The notes beneath the pieces are model-generated. The model was not told the DNA's origin, did no database searches, and saw nothing but the letters and a program-made list of their open reading frames with translations. DNA of 60,113 nt, taken from NCBI GenBank assembly GCA_944322705.1, contig CALUPR010000001.1, forward strand, positions 1 to 60,113, read 5' to 3'. Source of the DNA: Candidatus Gastranaerophilales bacterium. Lineage in GTDB: Bacteria; Cyanobacteriota; Vampirovibrionia; Gastranaerophilales; Gastranaerophilaceae. The stretch's first letter is position 1. Every line of letters begins with the position of its first letter. Below, one piece after another: positions 1-10,432 of this stretch. Position numbers and translations under genes: made by a program.

Positions 1-882
1 TGCGAGAACTTTAGGCTCAGGTTTGGCTTGTGTAGCATTTTCCTTTATCCATTTATAGGTTGGATTATCAAGTTTACTTAAATCTGCACCTTGTTTCAAA
101 TTCCCGTCTTCGTCAAATACGCTCGGGTTATTCTTTATAATTGCATCACGAAGTACTGCATTATTAATCTCTTTATCGCCAAACTTAAAAGCATTAAAAG
201 CTTTTACTATAAAATCAACTGATGTTTCTGCGCCTTCATGTGCAGTTAATTCTTCTTTAGTAAATCTGTATGTGGTACTTGTAGCATTCTGTGATCTATA
301 CCAGCCTTGAGGCGAGCGGCTTACTCTGTTTGAATAAGGTGTGAGTGCTGAGGCTGCAATAATTCCGCTTTCCGGTGTGTCAGTTTCGACTACTGTGTCA
401 TCAACGACTACTGTTTCATCTCCTTCTGAACCTACAAACCAGTTATTATCTCCTTCGCTGGATTGTCTTACTTCTGCCTGTTTGTTCAAAAGCTCTTTCA
501 GGTTAGAAGCCGTAATAGTTGTTGTACCGTCTGTGTAAGTATATGTTAATTTGCCGTCTTCACCCATAGACACGCTATAGCCTGATTCCTTAGTAAATCC
601 CAGACTGTCAAGAGTTCTTCTTGCAGTTGACATTGTATCAACCTGCATAGGAGTCATTCCGGGCATATAATAAGGAGTGCTCGTAAAATTGTAATAAGGT
701 GTCATCTGCATATAGCTTTGCGGTTTGAATGCACTAAACAAACTTGTCATCATGTTTTGTGCCATATTAAAGCCAAGCATCCATTTAAATGCATTACCAA
801 AACCGCCGCCGCAATGATGTATTCTTGGCGGCATAAAGCCTATATTATTGTTAATAATAGTTGTAGATCTTGGAGGCCACAT
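1..882 (-). CDS. Hypothetical protein, 3'-truncated by window edge (>=294 aa), Met/Gly/Pro/Tyr-rich N-terminus
   Basis: Not in ORF track. ATG at 882-880 with AAGGAG RBS; frame open to position 1 (MWPPRSTTIINNNIGFMPPRIHHCGGGFGNAFKW...). Confidence 0.85.
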   Translation of the reverse strand, partial: MWPPRSTTIINNNIGFMPPRIHHCGGGFGNAFKWMLGFNMAQNMMTSLFSAFKPQSYMQMTPYYNFTSTPYYMPGMTPMQVDTMSTARRTLDSLGFTKESGYSVSMGEDGKLTYTYTDGTTTITASNLKELLNKQAEVRQSSEGDNNWFVGSEGDETVVVDDTVVETDTPESGIIAASALTPYSNRVSRSPQGWYRSQNATSTTYRFTKEELTAHEGAETSVDFIVKAFNAFKFGDKEINNAVLRDAIIKNNPSVFDEDGNLKQGADLSKLDNPTYKWIKENATQAKPEPKVLA

Positions 883-910
883 AATAATTCTCCTTATTTT
901 TATACTCTAT

Positions 911-979
911 ATATATAAAATATATAACTAATAAATAATTGCGTATTTTCAATAAACTAACTTTACAAAACTTAATAAA
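911..979 (-). promoter_or_regulatory. HLR1-like box plus bipartite promoter-like element
   Basis: Minus strand TATTAAGTTTTGTAAA-N18-CGCAA-N17-ATTTTATATA; similar copies at 8934, 22745, 28523, 38011, 43946. Confidence 0.55.
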
Positions 980-985
980 TATAAG

Positions 986-3364
986 TTATATATCAAGACT
1001 CCCGAAGATATTGGTTGATGTAATCTCTTTGAGCGAGGGGCAGTTATCTATATTATGTGTTTTCACAAAATCTATGGCTTCGTTTCTTGCAAGTTCAAGA
1101 ATTTTTGCATCTCTTACTATATCTGATATAATCAAATCCGGCAGTCCGCTTTGACGTGTTCCCAAAAATTCCCCCGGTCCGCGAAGCTGCAAATCTTTTT
1201 CAGCTATTACAAATCCGTCATTAGTTTGCGCCATTATGCCCAGTCTTTCACGTGTTTCCTGCGACTTTGACGCTGTATACAAAATGCAGTAAGACTGCAA
1301 ATCACTTCTCCCCACTCTTCCTCTGAGCTGGTGAAGCTGGGAAAGTCCGAAACGTTCCGCATTTTCAATAAGCATGACTGTCGCATTAGGAACATCAACA
1401 CCTACTTCAACTACAGTTGTAGAAACAAGTATATCGTATTTTTTATTTTTAAAATCTGACATAACCTGTTCTTTTTCTTCATTTTTTAATTTTCCGTGCA
1501 GCAGCCCTATTTTGAATTGAGGGAAAATTTCTTTTTTAAGTTTTTCAGCTTCTATTGTGGCAGCTTTTGCTGAAAGGGTTTCGCTCTCTTCAATTAGCGG
1601 ATATACAACATACGCCTGTCTGCCCTGTTCAATTTCATGCTGTATGAGTTCATACACCCCTCTGTGCGATGTTACAAGAGAAGTTTTTATCGGCTTTCTG
1701 CCTTTAGGAAGTTCATCAATTACCGTAAGGTCCAAATCTCCGTGTACAGTCAAAGCAAGAGTCCTTGGAATGGGGGTTGCGGTCATTGTAAGCATTTGCG
1801 GGTTTTGTGATTTTTTCTTTAATACATTTCTTTGTTTTACGCCGAATCTGTGCTGCTCATCAACAACAATTGCTCCCAGATTATTGAAATCTACACCTTC
1901 TTGAATAAGAGCATGTGTGCCGACTGCGATATTCATTTGACCGTTTTTTAAATCAGTACGGAATTTTTCTCGGATTCTTTTCCCCTGACTGCCTAAAAAC
2001 AGTCCGACACTTAATCCCATCGGGGTAAACCAATTTATTAGATTATTGTAATGCTGTTGAGCCAGAATTTCAGTCGGAGCCATTATTGCACCCTGATAAC
2101 CGTTTTCTACTGCCGCTAAAAGCATAATTGCCGCAACAACGGTTTTGCCGCTGCCTACATCACCTTGTAACAATCTTGCCATTGGTATATCAGAATTAAG
2201 GTCGTTTAAAATCTCATTTACGGCTTTTTTTTGTCCGCCTGTAAGTTCAAACGGCAAACTGTCAATAAATTTTCTCACAAGTCCGTCTTTTTTTATTTTT
2301 AAGGCAATTGCGTTATGGTGATGAGAATTTTCTTCCCTTATTCTTGCAAGTTTCAGCTGTATTATAAAAAGTTCTTCAAAAATAAGTGAAAATCTTGCCT
2401 GTTCAAGAAGCTCCATGCTCTCAGGAAAATGTATCTGCTCAACAGCTGTTTTTTTGTCTAAAATTCCGTATTTTTCTCTGATAAAGTCAGGAACAACATT
2501 CTCAATTTCATCTTTATATGTCTGTATTGCGTTAAAAATTGCCCGTCTTAGAACTTTAATGCTTAAATCCTCGCACACTGTGTAAATAGGAACAATTCGG
2601 GCAAGGTTCAGGTTTGAATTTTTATCCTCAATAAACTCTCCGGTCATAATAGAGTAATTGGGCTTATCAAAAGTTAATTTATTGTCATAATTATTACGCT
2701 TAACTTTACCTGAAATCATTATTCCGGCGTTTTTCGGGAACTGAGATTTAATTCTTTCAAGCATAAATTGATTTGATTTTGCCTGAAAAAAGCCAAGTTC
2801 AAGCTTGCCGCTCTCATCGGCAACAACAACTTTTACAACTGACAGATTATTTCTTGTATTGAATGCGGAAACAGATGTAATATATCCGAAAACAGTTGTG
2901 GTTTCTCCTTCTTTCAGATTTTTAATGAGCGTCCTTGAAGAGTAATCAATATGTTTTTTAGGAAAATACAGCATTAAATCTTTTGCAGTAAAAATTCCTA
3001 ATTTGTTCAGTTTATAAGCAATTTTCGGTCCGACACCTTTTATGTACATTACATCCGTATCAGATGCTGGCTTTTTATGAGTGTTTTCTTTATTTACAGA
3101 AGTATTTGATGATGTTTCGGATTTTAAAACCTTTATGAGTCTGTCTATGCTTTTTCTTCGTTCATTTATTCCGGCAAAAGGATAATGCTCAAATATTTCA
3201 ACAATCAGTGACCATTTCGGATTTTTTTTTGAAAGTTTATAATATTTTTTTGCCTCATTTTTTATAAAAGAGGAAAAAGCCTGCTTTTTGCCGTGAATAT
3301 CAATATATTTGTACTGAATTTCAATTTCTATTGCTTTTTTCAGCTGTTCGATATTTTCAATCAC
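986..3364 (-). CDS. recG: ATP-dependent DNA helicase RecG
   Basis: LLQGDVGSGKT, DEQHRFG, TATPIPRT, QLRGRVGR, wedge domain. Confidence 0.97.
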   Translation of the reverse strand: MIENIEQLKKAIEIEIQYKYIDIHGKKQAFSSFIKNEAKKYYKLSKKNPKWSLIVEIFEHYPFAGINERRKSIDRLIKVLKSETSSNTSVNKENTHKKPASDTDVMYIKGVGPKIAYKLNKLGIFTAKDLMLYFPKKHIDYSSRTLIKNLKEGETTTVFGYITSVSAFNTRNNLSVVKVVVADESGKLELGFFQAKSNQFMLERIKSQFPKNAGIMISGKVKRNNYDNKLTFDKPNYSIMTGEFIEDKNSNLNLARIVPIYTVCEDLSIKVLRRAIFNAIQTYKDEIENVVPDFIREKYGILDKKTAVEQIHFPESMELLEQARFSLIFEELFIIQLKLARIREENSHHHNAIALKIKKDGLVRKFIDSLPFELTGGQKKAVNEILNDLNSDIPMARLLQGDVGSGKTVVAAIMLLAAVENGYQGAIMAPTEILAQQHYNNLINWFTPMGLSVGLFLGSQGKRIREKFRTDLKNGQMNIAVGTHALIQEGVDFNNLGAIVVDEQHRFGVKQRNVLKKKSQNPQMLTMTATPIPRTLALTVHGDLDLTVIDELPKGRKPIKTSLVTSHRGVYELIQHEIEQGRQAYVVYPLIEESETLSAKAATIEAEKLKKEIFPQFKIGLLHGKLKNEEKEQVMSDFKNKKYDILVSTTVVEVGVDVPNATVMLIENAERFGLSQLHQLRGRVGRSDLQSYCILYTASKSQETRERLGIMAQTNDGFVIAEKDLQLRGPGEFLGTRQSGLPDLIISDIVRDAKILELARNEAIDFVKTHNIDNCPSLKEITSTNIFGSLDI

Positions 3365-5312
3365 TTAAGCGTAAAACCTCATATATATCCATTTTTTTTG
3401 ATTTGCCTCTGATTGTAACATCAGCAATTTTTATAACATCAACAATATCGCTTACATAAGAGTATGTTGTACTGCTTATTAACATGTTTGTCTTATAAAC
3501 TTTATTATAACTTTCAATTCTGCTTGCCAGATTGACCGTATCACCTATTACAGTGTATTCAAGACGTGTTTCGGAACCGATATTGCCGACAAAGGCTTCG
3601 CCTGTATTAATACCTATGCCGATTTCTATTTTGGGTTTGCCTTCAAACAACCATTTATCCTGAAGCTGATCAACCTTTTTCAACATTTCACAGGCACATT
3701 TTACTGCGTTTTGCGGATGATTGATATCCTGTATAGGTTCTCCGAAAATAGCCATAACAGCGTCGCCAATGAATTTATTTATTACACCGTTATATTTAGT
3801 TATTATAGGTTCAATTTCAGAAAAATATTCATTCAGAATAAGAGAAACTTCTTCAGCAGTCATTTTTTCACTCATGCTCGTAAATCCTCTTATATCTGCA
3901 AATAAAACGGTTACATTTGCTTTTTTCCCGCCGAGTTTAATATCGTCAATATTCTGCACAACATTTTTCATAATGTCCTGCGATAGATATTTACCCATGG
4001 CGTTTTTAATTTTTTCTTTGTTTCTGCCCTCAACAATAAACCTGTAGGAGTAACCGAATATCATTGTACTAAGCTGTACGGCAAGTGGAGTTATAACGTT
4101 CGGTACAATATTATGTTTGAAACAGAAAACGCAGAATATTATATATAATACAGCAGCTGCAATGAGTGTTATTAGTGATGCAAGAAACGGCAGATATAAA
4201 ATCAATATAAAAGTTATTATCGTGAAAAATACAATTATAATAAAATTAAGAATTCCCGGCAGTTTTACCATAAATTCATTATCAATAAGATTATTTAAAA
4301 TTGTAGCCTGAATATCAACTCCGGGGTGTCTTAAGGATATTGATGTTTCAAGATCGTCTTGAACACTCATTGCATTTGCGCCGATAAAAACAACTTTATT
4401 GTCAAATTCGGAAGGATCAATTATCGGCTTTTTCCCATCTTTGATAAGCCTGTTTGAATTAATAATGTCGATAGCCGAGTAATGCTTATGCGAATATAAT
4501 GAATTTTCTATTTGTTTATAGTATTTGATATAATGTATAATATCGCCGTATTTCACTACTACAGGTATTTTTAAACCAGTTTTATCAACAAGAATATAAC
4601 CGTTTGTCAAAGTGAGTTTATTTGTATTATTAAGATACAGATAAGCTCTTAGAGCCAGTGACGGATAGAACTTGTCATTATAGCTTATCAAATCATTTGA
4701 AGACCTTAAAACTCCATCAACAGGGGTTAAGCTTAGATTTACCGAACCGGCGTATTTAAGAGAGTTGAAGTACGGTTGCGGTAAAATAGTCATGCTTCTG
4801 TATAAACTGTAGCGCGAATTATTTACGGTTCTCTCATCGGATATATCAACAGCAAATTTTTTGTGAAATTCGTTGTCGAATTTTTCTCCTTCCTCTTCGT
4901 TTTCATAATTGGAAGTTAGTACCATATAACCCCCGATAAAGTTAGGGGTGTTGCGTACTGTATCAAAGAAATAGTTATCAGAGGAAGCAGGTCTGTCTTT
5001 ATCTAAACTCCTTATCAATGAGTCAAAAACAATGACTTTTGCTTTTGTATTATTCTTCAGATATTCAAGAATTTCTCCATACATAGAGCGTGCCCAGGGC
5101 CATCTGTAACCCGCAACTGATTTATCATCAATTACGATAAGAGAAATTTCATCAGAACCTGTCTGAATGGCATTTATTTTGTTTACTAATGTATCATAAA
5201 TCGGGTTTTCCCAGAAATTTAGCGATACAAAAGCTATAATTAAAACCAAAAATATGTGAAAAAATATTGTTTTTAAGAAAAAAGCTTTACCTTTGAATAT
5301 TTTCATTTTCAA
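3357..5312 (-). CDS. CHASE2-domain class III adenylate cyclase
   Basis: N-terminal TM, RWPWAR CHASE2 motif, 3 TMs, FADIRGFT, KFIGDA, GDTVNLASRIE. Confidence 0.92.
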   Translation of the reverse strand: MKMKIFKGKAFFLKTIFFHIFLVLIIAFVSLNFWENPIYDTLVNKINAIQTGSDEISLIVIDDKSVAGYRWPWARSMYGEILEYLKNNTKAKVIVFDSLIRSLDKDRPASSDNYFFDTVRNTPNFIGGYMVLTSNYENEEEGEKFDNEFHKKFAVDISDERTVNNSRYSLYRSMTILPQPYFNSLKYAGSVNLSLTPVDGVLRSSNDLISYNDKFYPSLALRAYLYLNNTNKLTLTNGYILVDKTGLKIPVVVKYGDIIHYIKYYKQIENSLYSHKHYSAIDIINSNRLIKDGKKPIIDPSEFDNKVVFIGANAMSVQDDLETSISLRHPGVDIQATILNNLIDNEFMVKLPGILNFIIIVFFTIITFILILYLPFLASLITLIAAAVLYIIFCVFCFKHNIVPNVITPLAVQLSTMIFGYSYRFIVEGRNKEKIKNAMGKYLSQDIMKNVVQNIDDIKLGGKKANVTVLFADIRGFTSMSEKMTAEEVSLILNEYFSEIEPIITKYNGVINKFIGDAVMAIFGEPIQDINHPQNAVKCACEMLKKVDQLQDKWLFEGKPKIEIGIGINTGEAFVGNIGSETRLEYTVIGDTVNLASRIESYNKVYKTNMLISSTTYSYVSDIVDVIKIADVTIRGKSKKMDIYEVLRLSD

Positions 5313-5360
5313 TAATTCCTTTATTTTATGATATAATAAATTTCGGAAAAAGGATAGATT

Positions 5361-5969
5361 ATGACAGAAAATTTAATTAAGCTTTTATCAGAGGAGAAAG
5401 TTTTTCCGATAGTACGCAGCAGAGATCCGAAATCTGCACTTGATATTGCTAATGCACTTATAGAGGGCGGAATAAAAGTTTTAGAGATAAACGTTGAGAC
5501 TCCGGCAATTTATAATGTAATAAAAGAAATTTCAAAATATGCCTATGTATGTGCCGGCGGTATAATCACTTCTATGCAAGCTGATGCTTCTATAATGTCA
5601 GGTGCTAAAATTCTTTCTTCCCCAATTTTCTCAATGAATCTTGTAAAAATTTCAAAGGATAAAGAAATCCCCTATATTGCCGGAACTTCTACTGCTAATG
5701 AGGCTTATAACGCCTGGAAAGCACGTATCCCATTAATAAAAATTTATCCTATTACAGCAATGGGCGGTGCTATGTATATTGAAGATTTGTTAAGACCCAT
5801 GCCGTTTTTAAATGTTATGCCTTTAGGTAATGTTAAAATAGATGAAATTAAGTCATATATTAATGCGGGTGCTTCAGTTGTCGGAGTGGGGCGTGACTTT
5901 TATGAAAATTACTCTTTAAGTGAAATAACTTCTCGAGTAAAGCGTGTTCTAAAAGAATTAAAAGGTTAA
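5361..5969 (+). CDS. eda: KDPG/KHG aldolase
   Basis: GGIKVLEI, IKIYP Schiff-base Lys, PLGNV; upstream of PfkB kinase. Confidence 0.85.
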   Translation: MTENLIKLLSEEKVFPIVRSRDPKSALDIANALIEGGIKVLEINVETPAIYNVIKEISKYAYVCAGGIITSMQADASIMSGAKILSSPIFSMNLVKISKDKEIPYIAGTSTANEAYNAWKARIPLIKIYPITAMGGAMYIEDLLRPMPFLNVMPLGNVKIDEIKSYINAGASVVGVGRDFYENYSLSEITSRVKRVLKELKG

Positions 5970-5971
5970 TT

Positions 5972-6916
5972 ATGGATGAAAAGTTAGATATAGTAGCAAT
6001 TGGAGAAAGTTTAATTGAATTATCAACAAATGCCAAAATGTCTGCCGCTGGTTGTTTGTACAAAAGTTATGGCGGGGATGCTTTGTCAACTGCTATTGCT
6101 GCTTTAAGAATGGGCTCTAAGGTGGGTTTTATTACAAGAATAGGCGATGATCCGTTTAAAGATTTCTTGCTTGACAGCTGGGAAACAGAGGGATTGGATG
6201 TTTCACAGGTTAAATTAACAAATGAAGCTAACGGGCTATATATTATTGCTCGTCCTTCGCTTGATGAAAAAGAAGTTGTCCATTACAGAAAAAAAATCGC
6301 ACCGTCAAAACTTTCAATTGATGATATAAATGAAGATTATATAAAGAATTCTTCTATAATTTACGCTTCAGGAGTTACTCAATCTCTTTCCCCATCTGCT
6401 GATGAAGCCGTTGAGTATGCATTTAAACTTGCTAAAGATAATAATATTACTACTGCCTATGATCCTAATTATTATTCAAGACTGACTACACCTGATGATG
6501 CAAAAGAAGCTTTCACCAGAATTTATCCGTATGTTGATATTATGTTTATGAACACTAAACATGACGCAATTCATATTCTTGAAATAGATTCATATGAAAA
6601 TGCAATTAAAAAACTTTGGGATATGGGAATTCAGACTGTTGTTCTTAAATCAATTGAAAGAAAGGGATATTTCACAGGTTATAACGGCAATATTGTGTTT
6701 ACCGAATTTTATTCAACGGATTATATTGATACGACATGTTCGGGCGATGTATTTAACGGTGGTTTTTTGCACGCTTTAACACATGGATTTACCCCTCTTG
6801 AAGCTACAAAATTTGCATCAATTCTTGCGGGTATTCAGGCTCAAGGTATTGGAGCAATTAAATCTATTCCGTATAAAGAACAGGTTTACTCAATATATAG
6901 AGGTAATAATGGTTAA
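5972..6916 (+). CDS. kdgK: PfkB-family sugar kinase (KdgK-like)
   Basis: IGESLIE, YGGD, DTTCSGDVFNGG; linked to eda. Confidence 0.8.
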   Translation: MDEKLDIVAIGESLIELSTNAKMSAAGCLYKSYGGDALSTAIAALRMGSKVGFITRIGDDPFKDFLLDSWETEGLDVSQVKLTNEANGLYIIARPSLDEKEVVHYRKKIAPSKLSIDDINEDYIKNSSIIYASGVTQSLSPSADEAVEYAFKLAKDNNITTAYDPNYYSRLTTPDDAKEAFTRIYPYVDIMFMNTKHDAIHILEIDSYENAIKKLWDMGIQTVVLKSIERKGYFTGYNGNIVFTEFYSTDYIDTTCSGDVFNGGFLHALTHGFTPLEATKFASILAGIQAQGIGAIKSIPYKEQVYSIYRGNNG

Positions 6917-7919
6917 AGCTGTTATATCGGGTTATTACGGATTTAAAAATTTTGGGGATGAAACTATACTTTCTGTTTTAATTAAACATTTAAAAAATTT
7001 AAATGCTGATATTACTGTTTTTTCGTCGGATCCTAATTTTACCGAAAAAACATACGGAATAAATTCAATAAAAAGTTTTGATATGATAAAAGTTATTTGT
7101 ACTCTTAGAAATACCGATGTTCTTATATCAGGCGGGGGAAGTTTATTGCAGGATGCTACAAGTCTTAAAAGTCTTATTTATTACTTATCAGTTATAGCAC
7201 TTGCACTTTTTTTTAATAAAAAGGTAATAATATTTGCGCAGGGCATTGGTCCTGTAAACAATAAATTTGCCCGTTTAATTCTCATAAATTTACTTAAATT
7301 ATGTTCACTTGTTACGGTACGTGATGAAGCAAGTCTTAATTTCTTAAATAAATACGGTGTCAGTGCTAAACTTGTCTGTGATCCTGTTTATTCTTTGGAG
7401 GTAAATCAGACATCCGCAAAAAATATAGCAGGGGTTCAGTTAAGAGAGTTTAAAACTATGAATTATGCACTGCTTCAAAAGCTGGCTTTATTTATAAAAG
7501 AAAAATTTGGAAACTGCAAAATAGAAATATTTTCACTTCAAGAAAATTTAGATTTAGCTCTGTGTAAAAAATTTGAGGATTTATTGCATTCTATAGCTCC
7601 TGATATCCGCACAGAAATAGTAACTGAAGATATAATTAACCGTATAGCTAATCTTGAATATATGATTGGTATGCGGTTTCATGCCCTGCTAACAGCGATA
7701 AAATGCGGAGTAAAGACCTGTGCAATAAATTACGATATAAAAGTTGAAAGACTTGCAAAAGATGCTTCTATTCCCATGATTTCAATGGATGCCCATGAAA
7801 ATTTTGAAGAAATTTATTCAAGAATGCAAAATCTCAAAAGAGATGAACTTTTGAGATTTGCTGATAATAAATCTTTTGATTGGTCAGATTTTGATAAATT
7901 ATTTATCTTTACCGAATAG
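6909..7919 (+). CDS. csaB: Polysaccharide pyruvyl transferase CsaB
   Basis: Start reassigned to ATG 6909 (MVKAVISGYYGFKNFGDE); SGGGSLLQD, GMRFHA. Confidence 0.9.
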   Translation: MVKAVISGYYGFKNFGDETILSVLIKHLKNLNADITVFSSDPNFTEKTYGINSIKSFDMIKVICTLRNTDVLISGGGSLLQDATSLKSLIYYLSVIALALFFNKKVIIFAQGIGPVNNKFARLILINLLKLCSLVTVRDEASLNFLNKYGVSAKLVCDPVYSLEVNQTSAKNIAGVQLREFKTMNYALLQKLALFIKEKFGNCKIEIFSLQENLDLALCKKFEDLLHSIAPDIRTEIVTEDIINRIANLEYMIGMRFHALLTAIKCGVKTCAINYDIKVERLAKDASIPMISMDAHENFEEIYSRMQNLKRDELLRFADNKSFDWSDFDKLFIFTE

Positions 7920-8906
7920 TCTGTTGTAATTTTTAATTAATGTCTGCGAGAATGTCGGTTTTGTCGGATCTACCAATAACTCAGCTTGTTTTTTAAAGGC
8001 ATTTGAGTCAATTTTTCCGTCCACAATTCCATTATCATCTGTGTCATATGTTGCTATAGTTGCGGCTAATTCCTTCCAATCAACTTTTTTATCCTGATTT
8101 AAATCCATTCTTGAAAAGGCATAAGAAGCCCCTAATCTTATATTTTGCTTCTGTTCTTCTGTAGCATCATCAGGTAATTTTGATAATTCGTATTTTATGT
8201 ATTCTTCCATAGTTAATTCCTGGTCACTATTACCTGATGTCTTGTCAATATGTGCAGCGTAAGATTTTGCTATATCTGAAATATCTTTTTTATACTGTTC
8301 CGAGTCAGTTCCTGTTGCAGTAGTAAGTTTTATTTCTTTACCTTCAACAGCATTATTGTCTTTGTCAATCATTTCGTCCAGGTCACTATCAAATCTTTCG
8401 CCTTTTTCGGTACTTTGAGAAGCATCCCACTTGCCTGCATATTCATTGTTCTGTTTACTTAAACCTGCAATAGTCCCGTTTGATTGCATTAATTCCGGAT
8501 ACTGAGCTTTAAGTTGTTCCATGTACATCTTGCCATACTCATAAGGATCCATGCCGCCTGTTAAACTCATAACCCCGTTATTCATAATCCCAGTCATAGG
8601 AGAAATACCTGTACCCATCAATCCGGTATATGAATTCGGCATGCCCATAAAGCCACCCATACCATACAAGCTGCCGCCAAGTAAATTCATACCTATAGGA
8701 TAATTAAGTCCTGCACCCCACATCCCGTTGAATATGCTTGGACCACCGCAGCAACTGCTCTTATTCATATCATGAATCATTGCACCTGTTAAGCCTGTAT
8801 TTAATGTGAACATTCCTGTTGCGGCTATTCCTTTTTGGAGATTGCCGTTATTCCATCCTGTTTTGAAGGCGTTGCCTACATTATTCATGAAAGAACTAAA
8901 GCTCAT
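7899..8906 (-). CDS. Hypothetical EF-hand protein with Gly/Met-rich N-terminus
   Basis: DLNQDKKVDWKE EF-hand loop plus degenerate loops; GAGG RBS; no signal peptide. Confidence 0.75.
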   Translation of the reverse strand: MSFSSFMNNVGNAFKTGWNNGNLQKGIAATGMFTLNTGLTGAMIHDMNKSSCCGGPSIFNGMWGAGLNYPIGMNLLGGSLYGMGGFMGMPNSYTGLMGTGISPMTGIMNNGVMSLTGGMDPYEYGKMYMEQLKAQYPELMQSNGTIAGLSKQNNEYAGKWDASQSTEKGERFDSDLDEMIDKDNNAVEGKEIKLTTATGTDSEQYKKDISDIAKSYAAHIDKTSGNSDQELTMEEYIKYELSKLPDDATEEQKQNIRLGASYAFSRMDLNQDKKVDWKELAATIATYDTDDNGIVDGKIDSNAFKKQAELLVDPTKPTFSQTLIKNYNRLFGKDK

Positions 8907-8933
8907 AGTTATCCTCGTATTTATATATTTTAT

Positions 8934-9000
8934 ATATATAAAGTATTGATTTTATTAAAAATTGCTTATTTTATTAAAGTTGTTTACATTACTTAATAAA
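8934..9000 (-). promoter_or_regulatory. HLR1-like box plus bipartite promoter-like element
   Basis: Minus strand TATTAAGTAATGTAAA-N16-AGCAA-N17-ACTTTATATA. Confidence 0.6.
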
Positions 9001-9028
9001 AAAAAGAACTCTGTAAAAGAGTTCTTTT
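8998..9028. terminator. Intrinsic terminator downstream of tRNA-Leu
   Basis: AAAAGAACTC-tgtaaaa-GAGTTCTTTT with A/T tracts. Confidence 0.8.
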
Positions 9029-9032
9029 AAAT

Positions 9033-9118
9033 TGCCCTGGGCCAGACTTGAACTGGCACTGGATTTAACTCCAACCGGATTTTAAGTCCGACGCGTCTAC
9101 CGATTCCGCCACCAGGGC
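9033..9118 (-). tRNA. tRNA-Leu(UAA), intronless, CCA not encoded
   Basis: GCCCTGG acceptor stem, GGAATCGGTAGAC D-loop, CT-TAA-AA anticodon loop, long variable arm, GTTCAAGTC T-loop. Confidence 0.97.
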
Positions 9119-9205
9119 ATATTAAATTTTAAATTTAAAATCCTGCTTTTGTGCTTAGTGACAAGATTTAGAGCAAATTTATATTAACCTAAACATTATA
9201 TCATG

Positions 9206-10417
9206 TCAAGAATTTTGTTTCAAAGGATATTTGCTAATATATTTTGACAAATCATTAACTTTTGTTTTTAGGTTATTGTTAATTCTTGTAAGTTCTGCTT
9301 TGACAAGAGTTTGATTAGACAGTTTTACTGCGCCGAACAGCGGAGGATGTTTAATATTTTGTAAGAATAAATTTTTAAATGCCTTTATTTCATTGTAATC
9401 ATTTTCATCTATTATGGGATAAAGTTCAGAAAGTTCAATAAATAAATCACCAAGTTCTATTTTGGCTTTAACTATTTTTTGAGCGGATATGTATTTTGAA
9501 ATTTTTTGAGTATAACAAAGAATTTTTTCATAGTTTATTTTTATTTTTGATTTTTTACAGGTCAAAAATTTTGTAAAATATTCCATAGTTTGCTGATACC
9601 CTGACTCAATAAGTTCATTTCTTTTCGCTTCATTCATATTAAAGTCGACTATGACGATATCTCCGGTATTAAGTACAACATAATCATATTTGTCGTTATC
9701 AGCATAAAGACTTGTTATAAATGATGTTGACATTGCAGTCATGCAGCTATAAACAGCATTAGCGTAATCTATACCCGAGATGTTATTTTTGTCATAATCA
9801 CCTTCAAGTCTGAATTCTAAAATTCTTTCACCTGTATTAAAAAGATTTTTTGAAAGTTTCCACATAGGAAAACTTTTTTGAAGGTCACCGTCGACAAGAA
9901 GTGTGTTGTTGTATTCTATGGGTTTCATAAGACCGGGCATACAGGATGAAATACGTATTGCAGAAGCTATTTCAAAATCAGGTGTTTCAAATCTCGAAAA
10001 TTCTTTACATTCAAAATTTGAAAGGTTAGTTGTAATAACGATGAGATTTTTTTCTATGTCTTTGAATGTGACTGCTTTATTTTTACCTTTTTTATAATTA
10101 TCACCGTAAAATTTTGATTCAATAAGATCGCGTACCCATTCAAGAAAAACTTCTCCTTTGCTTATAGCAAAAAGCGGACCGATGCCGATTGATATATCTT
10201 TAAAAAGTTCAAAATTAACTTTTATAAATATTTGTTTTAGCTCTTCAGCGCTGTAACCGACTGCCAGAAGTGCGGCTATGATTGAACCTACAGAGGAGCC
10301 TCCAAAAGTATCCGCCTGAACACCCAGTTCTTCCATCGCTTTTATGGCTCCGATATAAGAAACACCGCGTATTGCACCGCCTCCAAATAGGCATGTATAT
10401 TTCAAATTATTATCCAT
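9206..10417 (-). CDS. Patatin-like phospholipase
   Basis: GGGAIRG, GSSVG nucleophile, DGD in place of DGG. Confidence 0.88.
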   Translation of the reverse strand: MDNNLKYTCLFGGGAIRGVSYIGAIKAMEELGVQADTFGGSSVGSIIAALLAVGYSAEELKQIFIKVNFELFKDISIGIGPLFAISKGEVFLEWVRDLIESKFYGDNYKKGKNKAVTFKDIEKNLIVITTNLSNFECKEFSRFETPDFEIASAIRISSCMPGLMKPIEYNNTLLVDGDLQKSFPMWKLSKNLFNTGERILEFRLEGDYDKNNISGIDYANAVYSCMTAMSTSFITSLYADNDKYDYVVLNTGDIVIVDFNMNEAKRNELIESGYQQTMEYFTKFLTCKKSKIKINYEKILCYTQKISKYISAQKIVKAKIELGDLFIELSELYPIIDENDYNEIKAFKNLFLQNIKHPPLFGAVKLSNQTLVKAELTRINNNLKTKVNDLSKYISKYPLKQNS

Positions 10418-10432
10418 ATTTTAATTATACTG

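Noticed and set aside
341-1154. Plus-strand ORFs 341..538, 718..918, 939..1154
   Set aside because: Antisense shadows of the minus-strand ORF 1..882 and recG; no RBS
6783-6908. Longer ORF-track starts for csaB (also ferritin, response regulator, uvrB, ruvX)
   Set aside because: The extensions overlap upstream genes or lack an RBS; homology begins at the downstream starts used
7899-9118. Genomic island integrated at tRNA-Leu
   Set aside because: No integrase and no duplicated tRNA 3' end seen
9206-10417. Patatin as CBASS/anti-phage effector
   Set aside because: No CD-NTase or other defence genes nearby
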